DNA of 54,169 nucleotides from an uncultured Succinivibrio sp. (GTDB lineage Bacteria; Pseudomonadota; Gammaproteobacteria; Enterobacterales; Succinivibrionaceae): NCBI GenBank assembly GCA_905186145.1, contig LR994470.1, positions 1,117,376 to 1,171,544 of the forward strand, read 5' to 3'. Shown piece by piece: positions 44,605 to 54,169 of this stretch (position 1 is its first letter; each line of letters starts with the position of its first letter). The notes under the pieces were generated by a model. It saw only the letters and a program-made list of their open reading frames with translations, ran no database searches and was not told where the DNA came from. The position numbers and the translations under genes were made by a program.

Positions 44605-47600
44605 TTAAAACTCATATCTATAACCAACTCTTAAAGATAAGTCCTTTCTATAGTTATTACCTGTTTCTCTATCAGCATTTACATAGAAACGCTGATGCTT
44701 GGCAAACTGCCAATCACCTTCAAGTCCGTAGGAGAAAGTAGTGCCGCCTAAATCAGCATCAAAACTGTAATTATCATTTAATGAAACAGTTTGCTCTCAT
44801 AAGAACTCATGGATAAAGCCCATACGTGCAGCAATTTGGAAATAACGCTTATCTAAATTATCAATATCACCGTAATTAAACTTCTTTCCAGCAACTACAC
44901 CGATGCGTCCAATTAATGATGAAACATTATCTTGACTTACATGCATATTAGTTGAGGTATCAAAGTCTTTACCATTGATAAAGTAGTATGCAATCTGAGC
45001 TTGAGGTTCAATGAAATAATGGTTATACCACATACGATCATCGACTTTCTCATCAAATGAGAACATATGACCAACCTCAGCAGATACACCCATACCAAAA
45101 GTATTGTAATCAGCTTTTACACTTCCTAATTTCTGATTATCAAGGCCGGTGATGTCTTGATCATATAATCCAGCACTTAAAACAAAATCTGCATAATTGC
45201 CGTTTTTAGCCATATAGCTTGCATAAAGCTTGGCACTATAAGCGTCAAGATCGCCTGAACCATTGTCTAAGGCAGAGAAATTGTTTTGATCAGAATGTGC
45301 AAATCTTAAAGAACCACCTAAAAGCCAAGAAGCATCTTCGGTATTTTGTATAAACTTATCGACACCAAAGTGAGCACCATAAGTCTCCATCTTAAAGCCT
45401 TGACCTGACAGTCCTGAAGCCTTTTCTTTGTCGTATATAGCCTTAGCCCAAACACCGCTTTGTGCACCGTAACGGATTTCACCTAAACGATGACGCAAAT
45501 CAGACAAATCAGCTCTCCAAGCTAAATACTGACCATAAGAGGTGCCGATATTCTTTATAGTATCAATTTCTTGATTTTGAGAATCATCAGATACTAAGAC
45601 TAAATGCCAATAGCCATTATTACCTGTTGCATTATTCTCTTTTCTAAATGACGGATCCTCAAGCTTTGATTGATCGTCAACAAACACTAACTTATAGGCA
45701 TAAGTTGCACCATTTGGACTTACTAAATCAGAGGCAAAGGTTAAATCAGATAAAGGCTTATCTTGATTGTTAGGATCACCATACTTAATTAAGAAATTCT
45801 CAGAATAAAGCTTAGGTGCGTTGATATCGGCATCAGTAATAGCAATATTTACCTTATAAGATCCCTTACTGTCTTCATTGATAACAAGCTGATCTAAAGC
45901 GGCATTATCTTTAGATTCGTTTTTAAGATCTACACGTAAATTTACTACACCACTATCACCGTCTAACACACTGCCATTTAAATTCTTGGCAATAACATGA
46001 TGGAAGTTTTTATTATCACCTTCATAAGCAATATTAATATTGCCACCATTTAAGGTAATAGTATCTAAGGATGAATTATCAGTAACATTCCAAACAGCAT
46101 CTTTAGCTAAATTTAAATTAACCGTGCCCTTGCCATTCAACTCTTTATTATTTAAAACATTCTTTTGAACATCAGAAAAGAGATTGTCATGACCTAAATC
46201 ATAGGCAAAGTTATCAATACTTCCAACTAAGACACTTTTCTCTTGCATGTCTAAAGAAATATTGCCTAAAGCTTTAGCATAAACATCTGTATAAGTGTTA
46301 CCTGTACCTGAGGTGTAATTAACACTACCACCATCACAAGATGCAATTCCTGAGAGAATATAAGTATCAAGACCTTCTTTATTATTGATAGTTATATCGC
46401 CATTTTTAGAGGCTAAGACACCAAAAGTATCGCCATCAATTGCAATATCGCCACCTTGTTTTGCGTTTAAAGTTACATAAGCTTTTTTGTCTTGAGCATT
46501 TCCTGCATATAGTCCTAAAGATACAGACTTATCACTCTTATCCTTAGCGCTAATATGAATATTTTGAGCCTCACCTACAAAACTGCCGCCATTTACCTTA
46601 AGACCATAAATGACTTCATTATCCTGACCTTGCTCTTTTGCTGAGGCAATAGTTAAAGTGTCATTGGCTTTAAAATTAACACTACCATCTTTTTGCTCTA
46701 AAGCTTGGATTATTGAAGCTTTGGAAGCAGTAGCTGTAACTTGAACATTTTCACCACTAAAGTTGGCCTTACCTATAGATCTCCAAGAGAGACCTTCAAT
46801 CTCAGATGCAGTACCAACAGCTGCGCCAATATTAATATTACCTAAAGCTTTTAAAGTAGCATCGGCATTGCCCTGACTTAAATATAATTGATCCCTACCT
46901 TCTTTATCTTGATAAGTATCACCTGAATTATTCGTATAAGCTTCAGTCTTTTCATCTGCAGACATTCCGCGAATAATGCCGGCTTCATTTTCAACTTTGG
47001 CTAACAAATTAATATCTTTATTAGCTTCAATATTAATAGAGCCATTTAAAAGCTCTACACCAACCGCATTATCATCTCCCCATACATTAGAAAAAGCACC
47101 TATTTTTTTATTGGCATTTTGGGCTTGTACGACAATATTGACGTTTTCGCCCTTAAAGTTTTGTATAACCTCTTTTTTATCTTTATCTTCTTTTTCTACA
47201 TCTAAAATAATGCCGGCTGTTTTAACCGTATTGTCTGCACCGTGAACATTTACATTAATATCTTTAGCAGCATCAAAATCAATTTTTACATTAGCTTTAC
47301 GGTTTAAATCACCCTGTATCCAGCTGTAATGTCTGGCTATAATCCCCATTACAGGAGATCTTGTAGATCCAGTACCATCAGCCTCAACTACAATATCAGA
47401 TGCTGACTTTACAATTAAAGATGTAGGAACATTAACATCAGGCTCATCAATAATTGTATGACCAGTTTCACCTTTATAAATCTGACCTACGTTTTTATTT
47501 TGCAAATCAATTGTAGCTATAAAATTATTAGCACCCTGTGCTTTCATAACTACACCCTTACCATTAGCATTATTGGCTTTAATATCTACGGTGCCATAAA

Positions 47601-48408
47601 AAGCATTTACCGCATCAATCCAGCTTTCAGTAAGGACAGACTCTTGAGTTTTTAATGATGCTTCTAAATTAACAGATGCACCGTTTAAAGAAATTTTGCC
47701 GGTATTATTTGAGTTGACAGCAAAAATTTGATCAAATCTTGCTTTTTCAGAACTTGCCTTAATGGAGATATTTCCTTTAGCATTGATATCTAAATTAGCA
47801 ACTTCTGGATCAAATTGACCGCCAACGCCCCGGCTTTCAATACCATAAACACTGCCGGCGTTTACGCTCTTTACATCAATATTTACATTATCGGCATTAA
47901 GATTAAAATCAGTTTTTACTGTTTTAATCGAACCGTCATCAAGTTTACGACTTAAACCTTCAATAGAGATACCTGAAACACTTGAAACACTTGAGTTATC
48001 TTTATCAGCACTATCATCAATTTTGATACTAAAATCTTTATTTTGAGTATCAATATTAATGTTTGAATCAAACTCAGATGAGTCAGAACCATAATAATGG
48101 TAAATACCATTTACTTCGTCTATATCTTGATTTAACTGCCCCTTATTTATACTGATATTAATAGCATTCTGTGTTGAAAAATCATGCTTATCTTTATCTG
48201 AAGAATTTACAGCGACACCTACAAGATAATCTCTATTATTTATATTCTCTTGATGAAACTCTTCTGCATAAGAGACATTTGAGATTAAAGCTGCTGCCAT
48301 AATTGGTACACATGCTAAAGATCTTTTTGATCTCATCTCATAGCTTTTATTTATAGCAATTTGCAATTTGTTTAAATTTTTCTGCTGTTTACAAGATATT
48401 TTGTACAT
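44605..48408 (-). pseudogene. Type Va autotransporter (beta-helical passenger) interrupted by one in-frame TGA at 44797-44799
   Basis: Signal peptide (SYA-EE), Asn/Asp/Gly-rich passenger, barrel motifs (LRHRLGEIR, GVWAK, IEPQAQIAY, HEFL). The same frame continues 63 codons past the TGA to VGYRYEF-TAA (44605-44607), next to the terminator. Start set at ATG 48408 (AGGA SD). Confidence 0.85.
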
Positions 48409-48685
48409 ATGTCGCAAATCCTAAGTCAAAGAAAAACCACTTGAATATAAAGAAGTTACATTCAAATTTTTTATAATTTTTATAGACGAAAAAGGATGCC
48501 TATGAAAGATAAAGTATTATTTGTATTTATAATTATTTAATTTAAATAAAAATTTGATTAGATGTAATATAAATTTATTGAATAAAATTTTATGTGAAGT
48601 TACTAACAATATGAAAATATAGGAGGGTAAATAGTCTTTATTATAACTAATTGATTAAAAATATTTTTTGCTCTCCCAAAACAAC

Positions 48686-48709
48686 AAAACCAGGATAAAT
48701 CCTGGTTTT
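48686..48709 (-). terminator. suhB terminator
   Basis: AAAACCAGGA-TAAA-TCCTGGTTTT with U-rich tail on the minus strand. Confidence 0.8.
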
Positions 48710-48727
48710 GAAAATCTTAAAAGAATA

Positions 48728-49540
48728 TTAACGTAAGATTGCAGGTAATGACTGAGGATCACAGACCTTCAAGAGATTACGCAGAACCTTAGGGTTACCA
48801 GCAACTAAATTGCCACTCTTGGCATATCCAGGCTCACCCATAAAATCAGTAACAATACCACCGGCTTCACGAATAATAAGATCACCTGCAGCAAAGTCCC
48901 AAATCTTTAAGCCTTGCTCTAAATAACCATCAAAACGACCACAAGCAACATAGCATAAATCTAAGCTTGCAGAGCCCATACGTCTAATATCAGCACAGTT
49001 ATTGATGAGCTTACCAAAGAGCTCTAAGTAAGGCAGCATACGCTCACGGTATCTTACAGGGAAAGCAGTACCGATGATAGCGCCATCTAAGCTGGTACGA
49101 GAACCAACACGAATACGACGCTCATTTAAGAAGGCACCTTCGCCACGAACTGCAGTGAACATCTCATTTAACATAGGGTCAAAAACAACACCAACCTCAG
49201 TGATGCCATTATGACGCAAAGCAATAGAAACTGCAGAGTGTGGGATACCGGTTACGAAATTGGTGGTACCATCAATTGGATCAATAATCCACTGATATTC
49301 AGAATCAGGATTACCTAAAACAGTACCATTGGCGGTGGACTCTTCACCTAAAACACAGTGATTGCGATATGCAGTAAGTAAAATTCTGGCAATAGTCTGT
49401 TCACACTCTTTGTCAATGTTGGTGACCAGATCATCTTTATTTTTCTCTTCAACAGTCAGCTGACTCTGACCAATATTACGAGCAATCAAATTACCGGCAG
49501 TACGGGCAGCACGCACGGCGATATTGAGCATAGGATGCAT
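48728..49540 (-). CDS. suhB: Inositol monophosphatase / Nus factor SuhB
   Basis: MHPMLNIAVRAAR, WIIDPIDGTTNF, RRMGSASLDL and WDFAAG motifs. Start set at ATG 49540. Confidence 0.96.
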   Translation of the reverse strand: MHPMLNIAVRAARTAGNLIARNIGQSQLTVEEKNKDDLVTNIDKECEQTIARILLTAYRNHCVLGEESTANGTVLGNPDSEYQWIIDPIDGTTNFVTGIPHSAVSIALRHNGITEVGVVFDPMLNEMFTAVRGEGAFLNERRIRVGSRTSLDGAIIGTAFPVRYRERMLPYLELFGKLINNCADIRRMGSASLDLCYVACGRFDGYLEQGLKIWDFAAGDLIIREAGGIVTDFMGEPGYAKSGNLVAGNPKVLRNLLKVCDPQSLPAILR

Positions 49541-49700
49541 GTTAAAAAATCCCAATTAAAAAAACTGATGCAATTATACGGTATTTTAACAAATTTTGTG
49601 CTTTAATCTAAGGTCTTATTGAAAGTCATTTACGTTTATTTAAAGATTTAATTTGTTTTAACACAAAAAATTATTTTTTGGGTGTAAAAAAGGAGCTGTT

Positions 49701-50222
49701 ATGGCTGATTACAAACAAGTGATAGGCGAACTTTCACAAGCTGGTATCAATGAAAACCATTATCAATGGTATGGTTTTATCTTAGGCCTTCTTTGCCGTA
49801 AATATGATCCTAGCTCCAGAATGTTTTTAGCATTTTGTGCCAAAGTTATGAATGATGACGAACCTTTACCTGGAGTATTGGTAGCATATCTTACAAATTA
49901 TGCTTTAGATTGCGAGCGTAATTTAAAAAATAAAGCCGATGCTAAAACTCTTTTTGCTCTTCCTGACAATACTTGCAAAAAAGAAGAACGATTAAATGTT
50001 CTCTCTGATTTAGCTTACGGCTTAAGCTTAGGTTTAGTTGCCGATAGCGAAGGCACTTTAACCCATAAAATCACCGATCAAGATCTTTTAGATGATTTAC
50101 ATACTTTAAGTGCCATCGCACAAGTAGATCCAAATGAAGACCTGGCAGAGGAAGATCTTGATGAGGTTTTAAATTTCATGCGCGATGCCACTTTTAAAGC
50201 CTATAAAAAATCACACTCTTAA
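49701..50222 (+). CDS. UPF0149 (YgfB/YecA) family protein
   Basis: [14 protein letters not shown]...[18 protein letters not shown] pattern and acidic C-terminus; GGAG SD. Confidence 0.65.
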   Translation: MADYKQVIGELSQAGINENHYQWYGFILGLLCRKYDPSSRMFLAFCAKVMNDDEPLPGVLVAYLTNYALDCERNLKNKADAKTLFALPDNTCKKEERLNVLSDLAYGLSLGLVADSEGTLTHKITDQDLLDDLHTLSAIAQVDPNEDLAEEDLDEVLNFMRDATFKAYKKSHS

Positions 50223-52279
50223 AGACTATCTTCATTTGCTCCCGGCATCATAATTAATTGCTGTTGCAGATCTGCAATCTCATCACGGATCTGCGCAGCC
50301 TCCTCAAATTTAAGTTCACGGGCAAGTTTTACCATTTGCGTATTCAGCTTTTCAATCTCTTTGGCCAATGCATGAGGATCTAAAGCTTTCTTAAGATTGC
50401 GTCGCTCCCACTCTTTTCTTGAAATAGGACGTGCTCTCTTTTCATCAGGAACCTTAAAGGCCTTAGTATCACTAATAGCACCTTCCATAACATCCACAAT
50501 CTTCTTTTCAATTTGTCGTGGGGTAATATGGTGCTCGCGATTGTATTCCTCTTGAGCTTGACGTCGGCGCGCTGTTTCTTCCATGGTGTATTTAATAGAA
50601 TCTGTTATCTTGTCAGCATAGAAGATAGCTCTACCATTAACATTACGCGCACAACGGCCCACTGTCTGAATTAAAGAGCGCGAGGAACGTAAAAAGCCTT
50701 CTTTATCTGCATCTAAAACTGCAACTAAAGAAACCTCTGGCATATCCAAACCTTCACGTAAAAGGTTAATACCTACTAATACATCAAACTCACCTAAACG
50801 CAGATCTCTTATAATCTCCATACGCTCTACAGAATCAATATCTGAATGCAAATATCTGACTTTAATGCCATGTTCATCTAAATAATCTGTAAGCTCTTCG
50901 GCCATCTTCTTTGTAAGAGTGGTTACCAGTACGCGTTGTTTTTTAGCTGTTTCTTTATGGATCTCACTCATAAGATCGTCAACCTGACTTTCAACAGGAC
51001 GAATCTCAATTAATGGATCTAAAAGTCCTGTAGGTCTTATAAGTTGCTCTACAATCTGACTTGATTCTTTAAGTTCAAATTCTGCGGGAGTTGCTGATAC
51101 ATAAATAGTTTGCGGCTGTAACTTTTGAAACTCTTCAAACCTTAATGGACGATTGTCAAATGCTGAAGGCAATCTAAAACCAAAATTTACCAAGTTTTCT
51201 TTACGCGAGCGATCACCTCTGTACATAGCACCAATCTGAGGTACAGTGACATGAGACTCATCAATAATCAAAAGACCATCTTTTGGTAAATAATCAAATA
51301 AACAAGGAGGAGGTTCTCCTGGCGCTCTACCAGTTAAATATCTTGAGTAGTTTTCAATGCCTGAGCAATAGCCTAATTCATTTATCATCTCAATATCATA
51401 GGCTGTACGCTCACGAATACGTTGCTCCTCTAAAAGCTTGTTGTTTTTTAAAAAATAGTCACAGCGTTCTTTAAGCTCAGATTTAATATTTTCAACTGCA
51501 CGCTGCAAAATATCTTTTGGGGTAATGTAATGAGTTTTAGGGAAAATAGTAACGCGGGGAATTCTCTGAATTTGAGCACCAGTTAGTGGATCAAAGGTAC
51601 TGATATTTTCAATTTCATCATCAAAAAGCTCAATTCTTACCGCATAACCATCAGATTCAGCTGGATAAATATCAATAACATCGCCTCTAACTCTAAAGGT
51701 AGAACGCGCAAAACCTAAATCATTGCGGGTATATTGCAATTCACTCAAACGTGTAGTGATATCTTCCATGCTGATATTTTCACCACGAGAGACGTGCAAC
51801 ATCATCTTCAAATATGTCTGCGGCTCACCTAAACCGTAAATTGCTGATACTGTACACACTACAATGACATCTTTACGTTCCATCAAAGCTTTAGTAGCAG
51901 AAAGACGCATCTGATCGATATGCTCATTGACCATAGCGTCCTTTTCAATAAAGGTATCCGTAGCCGCTACATAAGCCTCAGGCTGATAATAATCATAATA
52001 AGAGACAAAGTACTCAACTGCATTATTAGGGAAAAACTCCTTCATCTCCCCATAAAGCTGAGCGGCTAGAGTTTTATTATGAGATAAAATCATTGTGGGA
52101 CGATTGGCCTTGGCAATAACGTTTGCCATAGTAAAGGTTTTACCTGAACCTGTAACACCCAACAATGTTTGAGCTTTATCCCCTTTTTCTAAACCTTCAC
52201 AAAGAAGTTTAATTGCGCTTTCTTGATCACCTGAAGGCTTAAACTCTGATTGCAAACAAAAATCTCGTTTTATTGCCAC
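50219..52279 (-). CDS. uvrB: Excinuclease ABC subunit B
   Basis: [20 protein letters not shown] beta-hairpin, [14 protein letters not shown] and [12 protein letters not shown] domain; GTG start. Confidence 0.99.
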   Translation of the reverse strand: MAIKRDFCLQSEFKPSGDQESAIKLLCEGLEKGDKAQTLLGVTGSGKTFTMANVIAKANRPTMILSHNKTLAAQLYGEMKEFFPNNAVEYFVSYYDYYQPEAYVAATDTFIEKDAMVNEHIDQMRLSATKALMERKDVIVVCTVSAIYGLGEPQTYLKMMLHVSRGENISMEDITTRLSELQYTRNDLGFARSTFRVRGDVIDIYPAESDGYAVRIELFDDEIENISTFDPLTGAQIQRIPRVTIFPKTHYITPKDILQRAVENIKSELKERCDYFLKNNKLLEEQRIRERTAYDIEMINELGYCSGIENYSRYLTGRAPGEPPPCLFDYLPKDGLLIIDESHVTVPQIGAMYRGDRSRKENLVNFGFRLPSAFDNRPLRFEEFQKLQPQTIYVSATPAEFELKESSQIVEQLIRPTGLLDPLIEIRPVESQVDDLMSEIHKETAKKQRVLVTTLTKKMAEELTDYLDEHGIKVRYLHSDIDSVERMEIIRDLRLGEFDVLVGINLLREGLDMPEVSLVAVLDADKEGFLRSSRSLIQTVGRCARNVNGRAIFYADKITDSIKYTMEETARRRQAQEEYNREHHITPRQIEKKIVDVMEGAISDTKAFKVPDEKRARPISRKEWERRNLKKALDPHALAKEIEKLNTQMVKLARELKFEEAAQIRDEIADLQQQLIMMPGANEDSL

Positions 52280-52520
52280 AATTTACCACCAAAAAAAACA
52301 TTGATATAACTTTAACCATTTTGACGCAAAAGAAAAAAAATTAACAATAAAAAACAATAAAAAGAAGTTTTTTTAATTTTTTATAAAAAATTTTAGGATT
52401 TTTTTAGCTAATTTTTTGAATTAAATTAAAAAAAATCATTAAATAAAGAAAAAATAAAGATTTTGTTAAAATTAAATTTTATTTAAATTCAACAAGTTAA
52501 AATTTTTTTAAAAAAACTTG

Positions 52521-52549
52521 TTGACAGTATATAGCCTCACCTATATAAT
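52521..52549 (+). promoter_or_regulatory. Consensus sigma70 promoter of the tRNA-Asn pair with upstream A/T tract (UP element)
   Basis: TTGACA-N17-TATAAT, exact consensus. Confidence 0.92.
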
Positions 52550-52592
52550 CGTTTGCGTTTTCGGTCACAACCAAAAACAAATTCTTCTAAGT

Positions 52593-52668
52593 TCCTCCTT
52601 AGTTCAGTCGGTAGAACGGCGGACTGTTAATCCGTATGTCACAGGTCCGAGTCCTGTAGGAGGAGCCA
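52593..52668 (+). tRNA. tRNA-Asn (GTT), copy 1
   Basis: 76 nt; perfect 7-bp acceptor stem TCCTCCT/AGGAGGA, G73, encoded CCA, anticodon loop CTGTTAA; T-loop TCCGAGT (C55). Confidence 0.97.
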
Positions 52669-52688
52669 GAAGAAGAATGTTTCTAAGT

Positions 52689-52764
52689 TCCTCCTTAGTT
52701 CAGTCGGTAGAACGGCGGACTGTTAATCCGTATGTCACAGGTCCGAGTCCTGTAGGAGGAGCCA
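52689..52764 (+). tRNA. tRNA-Asn (GTT), copy 2
   Basis: Identical to copy 1; 96-bp tandem period. Confidence 0.97.
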
Positions 52765-52774
52765 GAACAATCAG

Positions 52775-52796
52775 GCAGCTTTAAGCTGCTTTTTTT
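52775..52796 (+). terminator. tRNA operon terminator
   Basis: GCAGCTT-T-AAGCTGC followed by T7. Confidence 0.8.
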
Positions 52797-52912
52797 ATAT
52801 CCAAAATTTACTTACTAATTAAGTAAGTCAAACTCATTCTTACTTTAAACACCTACCTCAAGCAAAAAACACCTAAAAAAAGGATGACTTTAAAGCCATC
52901 CTTAAATTTACT

Positions 52913-53302
52913 TTACATATCCTTTAAAAGGCCATGTTTCTCATAAGTGGTGATACGCACTGCATGATTATTGTCATCAACAAAAACCACCTTAGGTTTA
53001 TGCGTTTTCACCTCATCTAAAGACATCTTGGCATAAGACATAATAATAACCTTATCACCAACACTAACACAGCGAGCGGCAGCACCATTTAAACAAATCA
53101 TGCCACTATCACGCTCTCCTGCAATAGCATAAGTCTCAAAACGAGAGCCATTATTTACATCAACAATCTGCACCTTCTCGTACTCAAAAATACCAGCTTG
53201 TTCAAGCAAAGCACTATCAATGGTAATAGAGCCTACGTAGTCAAGCTCTGCTTGTACCACTGTCGCACGATGAATTTTGCCTTTTAGCATATCAACAAAC
53301 AT
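52913..53302 (-). CDS. panD: Aspartate 1-decarboxylase proenzyme
   Basis: [12 protein letters not shown]|SITID cleavage site, RFETY and NGAAAR motifs. Confidence 0.97.
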   Translation of the reverse strand: MFVDMLKGKIHRATVVQAELDYVGSITIDSALLEQAGIFEYEKVQIVDVNNGSRFETYAIAGERDSGMICLNGAAARCVSVGDKVIIMSYAKMSLDEVKTHKPKVVFVDDNNHAVRITTYEKHGLLKDM

Positions 53303-53305
53303 TAT

Positions 53306-54157
53306 CTAAGCTCCTACGATAAAGTTGTCAATAAGGCGAGTCTTACCAATATAAACAGCCATAGCTACCAATACAGGACCTTCTAATGTCTCTATAGCCT
53401 CTAAAGTATCTAAATTAACAGCTGATACATAATCAATACATGCAAGTGAAGATTTTGAAATCTCAGCTTTCATAGCCTCTACAACTTTAAAAGCAGATCT
53501 TTCACCATCTTTATACATCTTCTCGCCTAAGCGTACTGCACGAGAGAGAACTAAAGCCTCTTGTCTTTCTTCAGCTGATAAATAAGTATTACGAGAAGAC
53601 TTTGCCAAACCATCTTCATCACGCACAATTGGGCAGCCTACAATCTCTACACCGTATGAAAGATCGGAAACCATACGACGAATAATTGAAAGCTGTTGAG
53701 CATCTTTTTGACCAAAGAAAGCTTTATCTGGATTTACTAAATTAAAAAGCTTAGATACTACAGTGCAGACACCACGGAAATGAATTGGTCTTGTGACACC
53801 ACACAATTGTTTAGGCATGTCATTTAAAAGCTCAACAAAGGTGGCAGTACCCCCTACAGGATACATCTCACTAACCTCCGGGTGGAATACTAAATCACAA
53901 CCATGAGCCTCTAATAACTCACAATCATGCTCAAAATCACGCGGGTAAGCCTGCAAATCTTCACCAGGACCAAATTGGGTAGGATTTACGAAAACAGAGG
54001 CAACGACGCGATCACATGATGCTACAGCACGATCGACTAAACTTGCATGGCCTTCATGTAAATATCCCATAGTTGGCACTAAACCAACACTTAAGCCTTC
54101 TTTGTGCCATTTTCTAACATATGAGCGTAATTCTTCTTGAGTTGTTACAACAATCAT
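53306..54157 (-). CDS. panC: Pantoate--beta-alanine ligase
   Basis: PTMGYLHEGH (HIGH-like), FVNPTQF, RPIHFRGV, FFGQKDAQQ and GLAKSSRN motifs. Confidence 0.97.
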   Translation of the reverse strand: MIVVTTQEELRSYVRKWHKEGLSVGLVPTMGYLHEGHASLVDRAVASCDRVVASVFVNPTQFGPGEDLQAYPRDFEHDCELLEAHGCDLVFHPEVSEMYPVGGTATFVELLNDMPKQLCGVTRPIHFRGVCTVVSKLFNLVNPDKAFFGQKDAQQLSIIRRMVSDLSYGVEIVGCPIVRDEDGLAKSSRNTYLSAEERQEALVLSRAVRLGEKMYKDGERSAFKVVEAMKAEISKSSLACIDYVSAVNLDTLEAIETLEGPVLVAMAVYIGKTRLIDNFIVGA

Positions 54158-54169
54158 TTTTTATCCTTT

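Larger units (their letters stand above)
52585..52767 (+). repeat. Tandem direct repeat (87-bp identical units) containing the two tRNA genes
   Basis: 52585-52671 equals 52681-52767, including the TTCTAAGT leader and trailing GAA. Confidence 0.9.

Noticed and set aside
44797-44799. UGA recoded as selenocysteine, or genome-wide UGA=Gly/Trp (code 25/4)
   Set aside because: The position is a structural Gly in a beta-barrel. The downstream hairpin (ACTGT...ACAGT) is weak, AU-rich and unlike a bacterial SECIS. None of the other 46 genes contains an internal TGA and Trp is encoded by TGG.
470-51474. Short (60-120 aa) ORFs overlapping or antisense to assigned genes (e.g. 470-727, 6999-7202, 14903-15154, 19594-19953, 27379-27600, 29016-29357, 34593-34916, 44553-44741, 46976-47245)
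   Set aside because: Shadow ORFs of well-supported genes, with no SD, no recognisable motif and compositions expected from antisense reading. 44553-44741 is the antisense of the true autotransporter C-terminus.
52585-52767. Tandem direct repeats as a CRISPR array, and the 88-aa ORF 52518-52784 with a duplicated peptide
   Set aside because: The units are complete tRNA-Asn genes, there are no unique spacers or cas genes, and the ORF is a by-product of the tRNA duplication.

Overview
54-kb chromosomal window from an AT-rich gammaproteobacterium. A Succinivibrionaceae/Aeromonadales-like host is inferred from gene order and protein style. The core backbone is tolA(partial)-tolR-tolQ-ybgC-ruvBAC; fabF-acpP-fabG-fabD-fabH-plsX-rpmF; yceD-HAD-rluC/rne; and ydfG-like SDR, suhB, UPF0149, uvrB, two tandem tRNA-Asn, panD-panC. 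Accessory DNA interrupts this backbone in five places. (i) BASS transporter, LRAT/NlpC-P60 protein, orphan RpiR and an orphan conjugative TraF-type peptidase (5.5-8.9 kb). (ii) An ~8.6-kb block splitting yceD from rpmF, with a pgm / PhnP-like phosphodiesterase / nucleoside-type MFS / Na-Pi cotransporter operon, a stand-alone ISL3-like Zn-finger protein, an orphan amino-acid SBP and a nucleoside hydrolase. (iii) A NERD gene between rluC and rne. (iv) A 10.7-kb sugar-acid catabolic island (DeoR, DUF1537 kinase-PdxA2 fusion, DapA-like lyase, Fe-ADH, TAXI-TRAP, YhcH, non-canonical BNR propeller) bracketed by an exact 22-bp direct repeat of a palindromic terminator. (v) A CBS/DUF294 nucleotidyltransferase plus DEDDh exonuclease pair, and an autotransporter broken by a single in-frame TGA 63 codons before its true YRYEF C-terminus. 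Both tRNA-Asn copies carry C instead of U at position 55. No CRISPR array, rRNA, integrase or intact transposase was found. All family assignments come from motif recognition by eye, not database searches.
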